From Lytechinus pictus (lineage: Eukaryota), in contig NC_087250.1 in the NCBI RefSeq assembly GCF_037042905.1, forward strand, positions 5,582,001-5,646,000: a stretch of 64,000 nt of DNA, in the 5' to 3' direction. The notes beneath the pieces were generated by a model. The model was not told the origin of the DNA and made no database searches. It was given only the letters and a program-made list of their open reading frames with translations. The position numbers and the translations under genes are program-made. This document shows positions 40,801 to 55,000 of this stretch, piece after piece. Positions within the stretch are counted from its first letter, which is position 1. Each line of letters starts with the position of its first letter.

Positions 40801-43800
40801 TTTAAAGGGTAAGATAATACATTAGGACATGTTAAAAGTACATGCAGTGGTCCTGTATGTCCAAAAATCCAAGATGGCTTCCAAAAATGGAGTCGAAATT
40901 GACTACTGTTATTGAAAAATTTACATACTTCATAAAAAAATCCACCCGAGAGATATGACTGTGGTGTCTAAACTATGGTTTAAATGGTCAAATGATACAC
41001 CAGGACAAGTAAAAAGGACTGCCAGTGGTCCAGTATGTTCAAAAATCGAAGACGGCTTGTAAAGATGGAGTCTAAAATGGCTGTTGTTACAAACAAATTT
41101 AATATCTGCCTGGGAGATGACATTGTGGTGTCTAAACCATGGTTTAAAGGGTCAAATAATACATTGCGAGAAGATAAAAGGACACTCAGTAGTCCAGTAT
41201 GTACAAGAAATCAAAGATGGCTGCCAAAAATGGAGTCTAAAGTGGCTGCTATTACTTACAAATGGACATTAGTATATATTAAAGCTGCGTGAGAGATACA
41301 TGTATAACTAGTATTTTGGTGTCTATAGTTTCAGGGGTCAAACAATACTTTGGAACACCTCACAATGATATGCAATTGTCCATTTTGCATTTTAAAATCC
41401 AAGAGGGCTTCCAAAATGGCGTGTAACTCCCATCACGTATAAACAGTCATACTTCATATCCACCTGTGAGAAGTGAATTTGCAAATATAGGACAAGACAG
41501 TAAACAAGGATGTTCAGCTTTTCATTAAGTGCAAAAATCCAAGGGGGTAAAATTATTGAAAAATGCCTGTTGTTACCTGCCCCTGAAACCATAAGCCATA
41601 GGATCAGTTTTCCCCAATGCATTTAAGCGTTGATACCGCAATTGTTCCTTACAGGTGGATACTGTATGAATTAACACTATTTTCAAATGATGGAAGTTAT
41701 TGAGACGCCGTTTTGGAAGCCGTCTGGGATTTTTAGGCAAAATGGACAACTGCATATCATTGTTAACAGTAAAAAAAATATTATTTGACCCTTGGAAACA
41801 TAGTATAGACACCATAATCATATCTCTCCGGTGGATTTTTGATAAATTTGTCAATTTTTTCAGTCACAGCAGTCAATTAAGATGTTATTTTTGGGAGCCA
41901 TCTTGGATTTTTGGACAAACTGGATCACTGGTCGTCCTTGTAACTTGTGTCAATATATTATTTGGCTCTATAAACCATGGTTTACACACCAAAATCATAT
42001 CTGCCAGGCAGATATTAAATGAACAATGTCCATTAGTATGTAGAAACAGCCATTTTAATCTCCATTTTTATTAGCTGTCTTCGATTATTGGACATACTGG
42101 ACCACTGACTGTCCTTTTAACTTTTCCTAATGTATCATTTGACTCTTTAAACCACAGTATAGATACCACAATCATATCTCTCAGGTGGATTTTTAATGAA
42201 GTATGTCCATTTCCAGTAACAGCAGTCAATTTAGACTCCATTTTTGGAATCCATCTTGGATTTTTGGACATGCAGGACCACTGACTGTCCTTTGAATTTT
42301 CGTAATATATCATTTGACCCTTTAGACAATGGTTTTGACACAAAAATCATATATCCCTGGCAAATATTAAAATAATGAACTTTGTCAATTTGTAAGTAAA
42401 AACATTCGTTTTAGACTCCATTTTTTGAAGCCATCTTGGATTTATGACATACTGGACCACTGAATATCCTCTTAACCTGTCATAATGCATTATTAGACCC
42501 TTCAAATCATGCTTTAGACCCCAAAATATTATCTCCCAGGCAGATAATTTAGACTCCATTTTTACTAGCCATCTTCGATTTTTATGTAATTTTTTCAGTA
42601 ACAGCAGTCAATTTAAACTCCATTTTTGCAAGAAATCTTGGATTTTTTGACATACTGGACCACTGGCTGTCCTTTTAACCTGTCCTAATGTATTATTTGA
42701 CTCTTCAAACCATGGTTTAGACACTGAAATGATATATCTCACGCGGATGTAAAATTAACTATGTCCCTTTGTAAGGAATAGCAGCCACTTCAAACTTCAT
42801 TTTTGGCAACCGTCTTGGATTTTTGGAAATACTGGACCATTGAAACTCCTTTTAACCTGTCCTAATGTATTATTTGACCCTTTAAACCATGGTTTAGATA
42901 CCACAATCATATATTTCAAGCAGATATTAAATGTACTATGTCCATTTGTAAGAAATAACAACCATTTTAGACCGTTTAACTATGTCCCTTTGTAAGGAAT
43001 AGCAGCCACTTCAAACTTCATTTTTGGCAACCGTCTTGGATTTTTGGAAATACTGGACCATTGAAACTCCTTTTAACCTGTCCTAATGTATTATTTGACC
43101 CTTTAAACCATGGTTTAGATACCACAATCATATATTTCAAGCAGATATTAAATGTACTATGTCCATTTGTAAGAAATAACAACCATTTTAGACCGTTTAA
43201 CTATGTCCCTTTGTAAGGAATAGCAGCCACTTCAAACTTCATTTTTGGCAACCGTCTTGGATTTTTGGAAATACTGGACCATTGAAACTCCTTTTAACCT
43301 GTCCTAATGTATTATTTGACCCTTTAAACCATGGTTTAGATACCACAATCATATATTTCAAGCAGATATTAAATGAACTATGTCCATTTGTAAGAAATAA
43401 CAACCATTTTAGACCCCATTTTTGGAAGCAATCTTGGATTTTTGGACATACTTGACCACTGACTGTCCTTGTAACTTGTCCAAATGTACTACCTGACCCT
43501 TAACACCACTGAATAGAAACAAAATTTAAGATACTAACATTAGTAATCGATGAATTGTGGATTTTCAGGCTTTGGTGGCCATTTTAGACGCCATCTTGGA
43601 TTTTTAGGTATACTGGTCTGATTATGTTTACTCTAACCTGTATCAATAGCTCCTTGTACACCTTTAAACGATGAAATATGCACCAAAATTAGATGTATAG
43701 GGTGGATGATGAGTGGGTTATGTCCATTTTCTGTGAATGGCGGCCATTTTGGACGCCATCTTGGATTACGGAAAACCCTCAAGGAGGATATATGAGGACT

Positions 43801-45923
43801 TTTAGTATGTTATTCTAGACATATTTATGGACCTATCTGATTATGTTTACTCTAACCTGTATCAATAGCTCCTTGTACACCTTTAAACCATGAAATATGC
43901 ACCAAAATTAGATGTCTAGGGTGGACGATGAGTGGGTTATGTCCATTTTCTGTGAATGGCAGCCATTTTGGACGCCATCTTGGATTACGGAAAACCCTCA
44001 AGGAGGATATATGAGGACTTTAAGGACGTTCCACAGTTACGTGTGTGCGCATTATGATCTGCGCATAGTTTACACTCTGCGCGCTGACGTCACAATGGAT
44101 AAACAGGTAATTAATTAGCTGCGGGTATGAGCTGATTTTTCTCATCTTCTGCACTTTAACTGCAGATACGATGCGTTATCTCATGAAGCTAAAAAATTGA
44201 TTTATTCCATGGACCATTCAATAAAATATCCTCTACAATTTCAAAATACTTTACTCTGCAGTGCTGCCAAGAATCACGAACATTACCCCGAGTTTGAATA
44301 AATGGTAGAGTGGTTTTGATTTTTTCTTCACATAGATACTAAGCATTCGGCGCATTTTTGGTGTTTTAAAAAGCACATTTGCTGTAATACAAATGCTGAT
44401 AGTTTAAAAACAAGCACATGAACCCCTATTTTTTAATGTTTGTACCTCTTAGGTATACCTTCCTCTACAACTCTGCAAATTTTTGTGAAAATGACATGGA
44501 TTTTGAATAAAGTGCAGCATTTATTGTACGTTTATAGTTTGTTACTAAAATTTTAAATTTTTTAAATTGGGATTTTGTTATCTTTTACGCCATTTTTAAG
44601 AACTGACAGTGCTGTTAAACTTAAAATTGCAAACAAATAGCACTATAAATAGATTCTCCATTCTAACGATACAATTATTAACTCTATTGCGAAATTTGAT
44701 GACTTTTTCATGTATTTTGACGGAGTAATAGAGGTTTAAACTCATTGTAGTAATCTTGGGCGGTCTAAAAATGCCAAATTCTTTTGAATGCGCATTTCTT
44801 AAGAACATCAATTTGAGTGAACTTTGAAGCTCTATAGCAAAAGATCAAGCACATGGACCTATGTTAATTTTTGCATATTTCGAATATTAAGGTTCTAAAG
44901 TATCTATGTGCAAAGTTTGGTGAAAATGACATGGATTTCACTTTAACTGTGGAACGTCCTTAAGTATGTTATTCTAGACATATTTATGGACCTATCCTGA
45001 ACAAATCAGCTTGTTACCAAAAATTTCCATGTTAAACCTAATGCTCTTAATTGGCCTAAGAGAAGGAACTGGAAAAGGGGTTTTGTGTGGGCGCGTGCAT
45101 CGAAAGTGCATGCGTGCAGTTTGTAATGAACTTAGTTCTACTGGGGACATTTTTCAAAAATATATTTTACCAATCAACTTGGGACGTCCCCGGTCCAGAA
45201 TTCCCGACCTTTCGTTGGAGAACGCGAACGCTTATTTGCGACGACAGTTGATTTTGGAAGAGACTTTTGGGCCCGTCGTCATGGTCGTGTGCAAAATTCT
45301 GGTTGCTACTATGGTAACAGCGATATATCCGATTTAGGACGACTTTCCAAAGCCACATTGTGTTCCTCCCAGAGCTCGAGAGGCCGCCCGGGGGCCCACT
45401 TCCATTGAAGAGTGGATACCAGGCGCGACCACGCGTAAAAAGGGAAAGATTGGGCAAGTACATTACGTATAGGCCTATGTTAAGATATGCATTTTCATAA
45501 TCTGGAAAAGCCTTGCTTCCCTTGTTTAGGGTGCTTTTCGAAACCGCATAATACCCATTACATTGTGTGCTAGAGGCATATCGTTTGTGTAGGAGTAAAC
45601 AAAAGAAAAATAGATCATAACAGTCCATCGAATCGATATTGCATTTAATGTGGATTATTGGTGGATCACTGGCAATTGATTCCATGGGTCAGATCGCCTC
45701 CCCAGCTGAAACCATTTCGCATGTGTTGATATGTACACAGCATATGCCATACGTTTGAACTTGCATGTTTCTTTTGTTTACTCCTTCTACACAAACGATA
45801 TATACTTCCATTGATCAGTGGATACCAGGCACAACCATGGGGTTTCGAAAATTATCTAACAAGGGAAGCAAGTCCTTTCCAGATTATGAAAATGCATCTC
45901 TTAACAAGTATTTGGCTTGTAAA

Positions 45924-46001
<78 letters not shown>

Positions 46002-49000
46002 TTTCAGTATTTTAAACATCGTTTTTGACACCCTTATAACGTTACATAGGCCTGTACTTGCCCACTCTGTCCCCTTTTACGCGTGATCGCGCCTGGTATC
46101 CACTCATCAATGGAAGTGGGCACCCCGGGCGGCCTCTCGAGCTCTAGGAGGAACCAAATCTGGCTTTGAAAAGTCGTCCTAAATCGGATATATCGCTGTT
46201 ACCATGCATAGAAGCAACCATAATTTTGCACACGAAACGCAAATTGAATGTTTCTGTTCCAGATGCGAAACGTAAAAAAAATCTCATGTCACACAATTTG
46301 CATTGCAGGACAGAGTTTTACGACCATGACGACGGGTTCTTCTAACGAAAGGTCGGGATTGTCAGTGCAGCTGCTCTACATGAATTGGCTTTGATATCAT
46401 GAACAAAATAGACCCAAAAAAGGAAGAAAGAAGGGCGTACTCACACAGATGGGCGTACTCGACAGTCGATCCTGCCCCCGCCTCTCTTTTAGTTTCAATA
46501 ATACTCTAGAGAAACTATCAGCATTCGGCATTTGCACACCCTTGACCCGAGAATTGCGTCCGAGGCCGAGGATTAACCTCCATCCTCGGGGACAATGCCG
46601 ATTATGCGGCCTCAAGGCCGAAGCCGGCCTCGAGACTCACAACACTGGTGTAGGCGGTAGAAAGCGTCCCCGGTAAGGGACTTTATGTCAGAAAATGAGC
46701 TACTTAGTGGTTAAAATTCAAACAAATAGACTGCACACGCACACACTATAGTCCCCACTTTGTCGATTAATGATAAACGAGTCCCGACTGTGCGTGTGTG
46801 GGGGGAGGGCATGGGCGGAAATCCCAGGGGGGACAGGGGGACGCGTCCCTCCCTACCCAAAATAGTAGGGGGACATAATATCAAATGTCCGCCCTACTAT
46901 TTTTTGTATTTTATGATGGAGCAAAATACATCACTTTACAATCGAAATAATACATGTATTTTGGACTAAATGACCTTACATTTTCGGGGAGAACTTTTTT
47001 TTTTTGCTTGTCAAATTGTTTTGATAAAAATTACCTTACATTTTGGGTGAAAACCTTTTTTTTATTTTTGCTTGTCAAATTTTCCAGGCCCGGTCCCCCT
47101 ACCTTTGGGGACAGATTTCCGACCATGGGAGAGGGTGTACACATACGTTTATGTAAATGGGTATGTGTATGAATACAACAAATAAATTACCTCTTCTTTG
47201 TATAGGCCTACGACCAACTCCATCTCCAGATTCTAAACAGAAGGAAGAGGACAACAAAGTTTAACACATTATCTACATGATCTACATTATGTATAATTTT
47301 GAATGTAAAAAACAAAACGCTTAAATCGTCATCAAAATTACACAACTCCAAAAAGAAATAGATTTTTATTGAAACAAATAGGTCCATGATTTAAACCGGG
47401 GGTTGAAATAACTATTACGACAAAATGCAAAACAAATAGGGAATGTGTGACATCGCTCGCTCTCATCTTTATGTTACCATGCAGCGTGATGACTATCTGT
47501 GCGAAACAATTAACATGTCGTTTTCATCAGGGGTCCGTTGCAGAAAGAGTTGTCTTTAAACGCAAGTCAAAAAATCAACTGCAAGTCCAAAATGCACGCT
47601 GTTGATTGGTTGAAAATCAAGTTGTGCATGATTTTTAGAGTTGCGATTGATTGCAACTATTTCTGCAACGGGCCCCAGTCTGAATTCGATGACGATGAAA
47701 TTTCCATCGGCTTCTTTGAACATCGCTATTAATTCAAATCTACTCTTCACTGGGATGTGTTGAACTTTAAGCTATGCTGTATACAAAATTAGTTGTAGTT
47801 TGTGCGTACGTGTATGTGTGTGAGTGTGAAATATGCAACAAATAAATTAGTTAGTCTTTGTTTCCGTCTAAGCATGTTTTCAGTTTCTAAGCAATTCATT
47901 TGATCACGCCGCTCCCACCCCCCCCCCTGAAAAAATATCAAATTGAATATAAATAAGTTTAAAAGATTAGAAGATAAACATTACTATTATGATAAATGAA
48001 TAGATAGATAAATAAACAATGAGTTATTCATTATGAGAAAAATATATAAATGAATTAAATAACAAAATATCTACATAATCTACTTTTGTGTATAATTTAC
48101 TTATGCGCAATTACCAAATGCGACCAGACAATATTGGGTTATAATATACAATGCACACTTTATTTTACAAACATCAAAGATGCTTACGAAAATAATTATC
48201 TGACTATTTTCACATACCATACATAAATTAGGATTAACCGGAGTGCAGAATGCTTGAGTATTACGATGTTAATATGTCTACTGACCTTTTGCAATGGTAG
48301 AAGTTTCTTGGACACTGAAAGACAGAGTCGTCTTAGATTCAGTTGCATCTTCAGGCGGTGAAATGTCGGGAAAAGAATATGTTGTGTCTTCTTTGATAAC
48401 TGGTCGCGTAACTGGTTCTGGTGACTTGAACTTTGCTGCTAAAGCACAGGGTTTTCCTGCATTGGATGAAATGCACATAGAAACACACGAACAAAACTGA
48501 TAACAGATTCATTAGGTACGTCCTCCCCCCCCCCCCTCCTTCTTTTGTTTTCTTTTGAGGACTCAACTGATGCAAACTTTCGACCCGCAATGCCGTGCCT
48601 ATTCGGATTTCCTTGAGGGTGTACCTCAAGGCGCCGTCAGCGCACCCTTCCTCTTCCTGGTATAGGCCACACTTTCAAAGAAATGCACATTCCAAATAAA
48701 TGTAGCATAATTCCAAGTAATTCACACGTCCAATCTATAATAATATCTATGGTAATGAAAATGATATTTCGCTGAGATATCATGACTTGTTTGTCCCCCA
48801 TTTCAACATTATTTTGATATGCCGAATCTGTTAAGCATAAACAGACTTTCAAGTGATAAGGACATGCGTCTACACGACGCCTGGCTAGCTCATAGTTGAC
48901 AAAAGATGTGGGAGGTATTTAATTATTACAGAATAATCCTTAGGTGGGTTCCCTGTTATTCTTTTTACCTGAAAAAATACAAATGGAGCATAAAATGACC

Positions 49001-52000
49001 CCCTCCCCTACCCCCGAACTCCCATTGCTTGACCAGAGGGTGTTTCACAAAATTTATGTACGACTCGCACTTAATATGCCTAGTTGCGAGCGCTATAAAA
49101 GGCATGACGGTATTGGTCAGATCATGCCAAGACGACGCTTACTGTACAAGAGTAAGCGTTGCATGTAATATACGCACCGGCATTCAAGTCATAGGCCTAC
49201 TTATATATTTGTGAAACACCCCTGATCCCAGGCCCAAGGGCTCGTTGCAAAATGAGTTGCGCTTAAATGCAACAAAAATATAAATCACAAGTAATGAATC
49301 ACATGTCCTGCATGCGCAATCAGAATCAAATAAATGGTGGTTTTTTGTGCACTGGATACACTATAAATCTCATATTCGAAATTACCGTTCACATTGAAGT
49401 AATTACCATATAGCACATGACATATATTTATTGATACACATTTAAAAAAACTCACTGTCTCTTGCCGTCATTTTCCCCTTGACTTTGATGCTCAATTTCC
49501 TAATGCTGGTTTGCGTCAGAGGTGGTTGGAAAGAACCTCCAGCAGGAGATGAATCTTCAATCTGTATTGAAACAGGGGCGGTTTCTTCATATTTGTAGTC
49601 GACGTTGTTCTTTTTGGGAAGACTGTCTTGTATCCTTCGTGGGACGTCCAAAACTTCTATCTTGAATTCGTCAGTTGGCGGTGCACGAGGATCTACAGCG
49701 TGTTCTAAGAAGTAGGCAAGAGATCTGGTCAAGATGTCCGATGGGGACAGGATCAGAAGCCTTTTCACCAATGGATGCAGGACATCATTAAGACGACCAT
49801 TACTTCTTGATTCGTAGTTCAATGCAAGAATGAACTCGACCATATACTGGTATAGCCCACGATCGGCATGCCAAATGATTCTTTCCCCTTCCTTTGCGTT
49901 TAGGCCAACATCTTCTGCGAAGGCCAAGGTAAGATCAACCATATGGCTTACGATAGTGCTTGCCGCATCGACAGATTCTCCACAAGAAAACTGCATCAAA
50001 TTTCTGAGAGAAAGTGCCTCCTCCATGGAACTTATCTTCTGGAGACTTGTGTGAAATGATTGTTTCTCTTCGGCGTTTCCATGGAGGAGTTTGGAGAAGT
50101 GTTTAGCAGCAAGCCTCTGCTGAAATGGCCCATTAAGGAAGCTATAGATCTTTCCTTCACATGCTACATGAGTAGAAGGAATAAACTCCTCCTGTACAGA
50201 TTTCACCAAGAGTCCTTTACGAATTCCACTTGTAAGTACTTCTGTTTTTAAGTCACCGCAAACATCAAAGTCGCTTTCACACAAGTGAAATTCTTCTTGC
50301 TGACCGTCCTTCAAATAGCAATTGAATGCTACGACTGACAAATGCGCCATCGTTTGGTCTTTTGAGAGTGTAGGCCTCGTCCCAGTCTGGAAACTCATGT
50401 TGCTTCTCAGCGAGCTTGGACTTGAGACTGAATGTTCGATTGGTTCGGTATTCAGAGATGGATCTGCATGCCTCATGATGCAATCGATGGACTTGTCTAT
50501 TAATGCTGAACTAGTTTTTAGCTCACCAAGTGATGCAGGGTTATCATTCCATTTCAGGATCTGGCACATTATGCAAAGGAGCACTGGTGACGCCACCATA
50601 TCACGCAGCAATTCTGTGTTCATAATATATTCCTTTACCTTTAACCCAAAGTCTTTTCTTTTGTCGAACACCTTCCCAATGTAGGTACCAACTGAGGTTT
50701 TACTTATTCCCTCCACTTTCACATGGTCATAATTTCCATACACTTCACGGAAATCCCCGATCCCACCGGATTTCGTGGCAACCAAAATGGTTAGATGTGG
50801 AAATTCTCGAAGGAGAACCATATCTTCGAGGGAGCTAGTATTTTGCTGACACGCCGGCTGACCATTTATTTTCCATTTCGTGTAGTGGTCAAGGATAACC
50901 AATATCTCATCAGGGCATTCTTTGCACATGTTCTCGATATCCTTTGGAGTGAAACGGGTGTAAGCCGGCAAACATTGGTCATTGATTGCTTGGCCGAGAC
51001 TAGTTCCAATTTCAACTTTCACTCCGTCAATGTAAAAAACAAGGCTGAAATTCTTCAGTGGACCTTCCTTTTGACACCATTGGGATAGCCACATCTTGAT
51101 TTCGGTTGTTTTACCGACGCCAGATGGACCAAAGAAGAGAATTCTTTTTTTGTTAAAGTGGGGACTCTTAAAGAGGTCTATGGCCTCTATCTCCGGCATC
51201 CGCGGAAGATCTGGGGAGATTTCACTCTTCTTTAGTATCACCGGGACATGAAGATTTTCTACACTATAAATTTTGGTTTCAGTAGAAGGAGGGAGTGTTA
51301 TTTTTAATGCATTGCTGCATTTCGTGTATTGTTGTTGTAACTGTTCCCGACACATTTCGATTGGTCTAATGCAGATATAAGAGAAGGAAGAGAGAGAGAG
51401 AAAAAAATGCAATTGTCATTTCTTCGAAACCACAACATAATAGACAGGCTCCGCAGTAGCGGAGGCGAAGGGGAAGACCCCCACCCACCGGCCGTCCGAC
51501 AGAATTTTGATGATATTTTTATTATTTTTATCATTTTCTAGTGGATGGGCGGGGCTTGTCAGAAATTGTTTAGGTTGATTGGTTTCATTAATGGTTAATT
51601 AATCTCAGCCTTTTCTCAGACTAGAACATGATAAGGATCACGAACGCTAATCACAGTCACGATTACAGAGCAATCATCATTACAATGATGATTCAAGATT
51701 CACGTGTGATAAGGCCCTAAGGCCCTTTTTACACGTGAATTCTAAGGGCCTTTTCACACGTGAATCTTGAATCATCATTGTAAAGATAATTGCTATTGTA
51801 ATCGTGACGGTGATTAGCGTTCGTGATTCTAATCATGTTCTAGTTTAGTTTCACACATGCTAAATATTCGTCATTAGCCTTATTTTTTTTACTGGAATCA
51901 TCATTCAAATTACAATTTTTACCGTGTGAAAGGAATCAAAGGATGGCACACTTTGCCGTAACAAAATCACATCGGCTAAACGTGTTGTTTACCTTATTTC

Positions 52001-55000
52001 TGTGTGATTACCAGTTGGTTTAAGATCTACATAGTAAAATTCCCACTTGGTGCCGTTTGGTATAATTTCATTTCGTTCAATAGCCATTTTGTCCAAAGCC
52101 AGTCAGTTTAAGAGAAACTTCGTCTAAGTGCCTCTTCGTCCAATAAACACTTCTTCAATAGCCATTTCGTCCCATAGCCAGGTGGGCCACTTTGTTCAAT
52201 AGCCATTTTATATAATTTCGTTCGGTCCAATATTACTACCTAATTAATAAATAAAAAAATTCATGAATTCATAATAATTAAATTGTCCTTTTTTCAGAAT
52301 GGAATATCTCGCGCTAAGGAAGAGAAATAGCTAGAGAGTCATCATTTTCATATGAAAAAAAATCCTCAGAATGTCTCGGTGCTACGTCAAAACGATAATG
52401 ATAAAAATATCAGCTTGCGCCTCGAGCTTGCATCATTTATTAATTGCGATTATTAAGTGCGATCCAATTATCCACTTCACAATGTGCTTGAATCAGTGCT
52501 TAAATTAACCCTTTCAGATCGAAATATCAAATATTTTCAGCTCGCGCTTCACTCTCGCATTATTAATTTTAATGACAAGAATGTATTTAGAATGCCCATA
52601 TAAATCTAAAACACACACACGCATGTTTATTGAGGTACTTAGCTTGTTCTTCTTTGAAAACATGTGCTTTAAAAAAACAGTTTCAGATTAGAATGGGCTC
52701 TATCAAAAAAATTCTGCTCACGATTCGCACTCACATTATTAGTGCATGAATCCCAGTTACCAATCCTTTTCGTGATTTTCAAAACATCAATAGAGTGACC
52801 CATTTATAGGTCCAAATCTCAATTTTTTTCCGCTCACGCTTCGCGCTCGCATTGTTTTGTTATATACCTATCCTGTTCATAAAGAAATTGTGCATAGAAT
52901 GTTAATTTTTAGGTCGGAATGTCAAACGTGTACGCTCGCTTTATTGATTGTTGAAATATGTATCGTCAATATCATAATGGCTAACTACAAACAGTCCTTA
53001 ACAAGTTCCTTTTCGATCAGTTACATGTACACATCTTGTTAAGGATTCCCAAACATTGCCCTCAATGTTCACTTTTGAGGAAAAAATACATGAAATTTCT
53101 CCCAAAAAATGTTTTGTAATAGTGACTGTTACGAATACCACTTCAAAAAAAAAAAAAAAAAAGAACTTTGTGCGGCCGATCGGTGAAAATGTGGGTGACA
53201 TTTTTTTCGCCCCCCCCCCCCCCTTGGCAAAAGCTGGATCCGCCCCTGAACTTAGGCCTACTTCAGCAACCCCAGCCAAAAAATCGTTCCCAGGGCCCTG
53301 CCCTCCACCCCACACACACACACGCACGTTCACCCCTTTTGTGAACACTATTGAATTTCCAATTTCAGATTAACAATTGAAAATAATGTTCTCTTCAGAT
53401 GTTGAGAAATTCAACAAATTAAATGAGGAAACAAATAATGAAACCATTGATATCTGATTAGATATATATCAGATAACTCTTTTAAAGACCTTTATCAATT
53501 TCAAGCTCTAAGCTTAAGATGAAGGTCTCCCACATTTCAAAATGTATTATGTCGATATAATATATATAATTTTTTCTGCTTTTTTTTTAACAATAAATTT
53601 TTTTTTTTATATATTTCAATTCGATTATTAGATGGTATATATGCATATGTTATTAATTATAGCCTTTGCTTATTATGTTATGCTAAGAAAAATGATTACA
53701 CTTGTATATGCTTTTGTTATTGGAATGTGGAAATAAATAAATCAAATCAAATCAAGAGAGAGAGAGAGAAAGAAAAGGGAGGGGGAGAAATCAAAGATAT
53801 ACACATATTGTTTTGTTTTGCTTTTGTTCTTAAAAATTACAGGGGTGAAGCCAAGGGTATGCAGGTATGACTCAAATTTAAGTGTCAAATTTGCAAAACG
53901 AGAAGAATAAATTTCAACACCATAAGTGGAAAATTTGAGAATGATGGGCATAAGTTAAATGCGTCGCAGAGACGGTATTTAAAATCAGGCTAATAAATTG
54001 CTATTTGATTCTTTTTCATCCTTTACCGTGGAGTGTCTCTTTTCTTTTCCATTTTCTTACGGGGGTTGGTGACCCCTGTATCCGTGCCTGCTCCCGGTAA
54101 CGCTTATTAGAACAAGTGGGAATTGGACCAAAGAGGTACTGGGCTAGGTAGGTATTGAGCAAACTGTTATCTGGACGAAGTGGTTATTGGACCAAAATGG
54201 CAATTAATGAAGTAAGACGAGCTGGCTATTGGATGAAGTGGCTTTTGGCCCAATTGGCTATTGAGTGTATATTAAACATTGTGACATTTAGACGAAGTAG
54301 CTCTTAGACGAAATGGCTCTTGTACCAAATGACTATTGAAGTAAATGATATTGGACCAAATTTGTATTAGACAACATGTTCATATAGGACAAAATGACGT
54401 TGGGCGTAGAGGCGAATCACCCGCACCCACTCACCAACGAGCAATACCCACGCCGTATAGCGACGGCCTTCTGTGATAAACATGTAATGACATTAAAATT
54501 TGTCTTTACTGTTTTTTTACGTCGTAACCATGAAAACGCAGTGCCAGGCACACTCGAAATTTTTGTAATGTTTGTCTCTTATCACTTACCACAATCATCA
54601 ACCTTTACTCCACAGTAATGGTCAAAAATCGTTTTTAAGCTATGTTACCAAAATGTGCATATTGTCCAAAATGTGCAGGCACATCACATTATAACTGCAC
54701 ATTTTGGTAACACACAATCACGTCTGGCATAGGTGAGCCATGGACCTATGAATGAGAGATGGACAATTATCGCGAGCATTTCTTTGATCCAATGATAGCC
54801 ACCGTCACCATGGCCACCTGGTTATGTGCATCTTCATGACAGGGGCGGATCCAGCTTTCACCAGTAGGGGGCCCGAAAGTTTTTCACCGTATTTTACCCG
54901 ATCAGCCGCTCAAAATTGATTGAAGAGGTAGTCCTGACAGTCACTATACATTTATTATTTTAAAATTCAAATTCAAATTCATTTATTTCACATCTCTAAA

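Larger units (their letters stand above)
40010..45046. mobile_element. Foldback element with long repetitive arms (Sola3-like termini GAG...CTC|TTAA)
   Basis: gagcattagg...gaaatttcaggtaacaagctgatt vs aatcagcttgttaccaaaaatttc...cctaatgctc|ttaa; arms built from aaatccaagatggc-containing repeats. The left flank is not TTAA, so the superfamily is tentative. Confidence 0.75.

Noticed and set aside
47191..47232. GDGVG as the kinase glycine-rich loop
   Set aside because: The true G-loop and VAIK motif lie in exon 39119-39290.
49830..51088. Plus-strand ORFs overlapping the NACHT exon
   Set aside because: Antisense shadows of the real coding frame with no motifs.
54590..54640. Possible extra exon ending at a G|gtaagt donor near 54590 (minus strand)
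   Set aside because: Weak acceptor, repeat-like context, and not needed for phase continuity.
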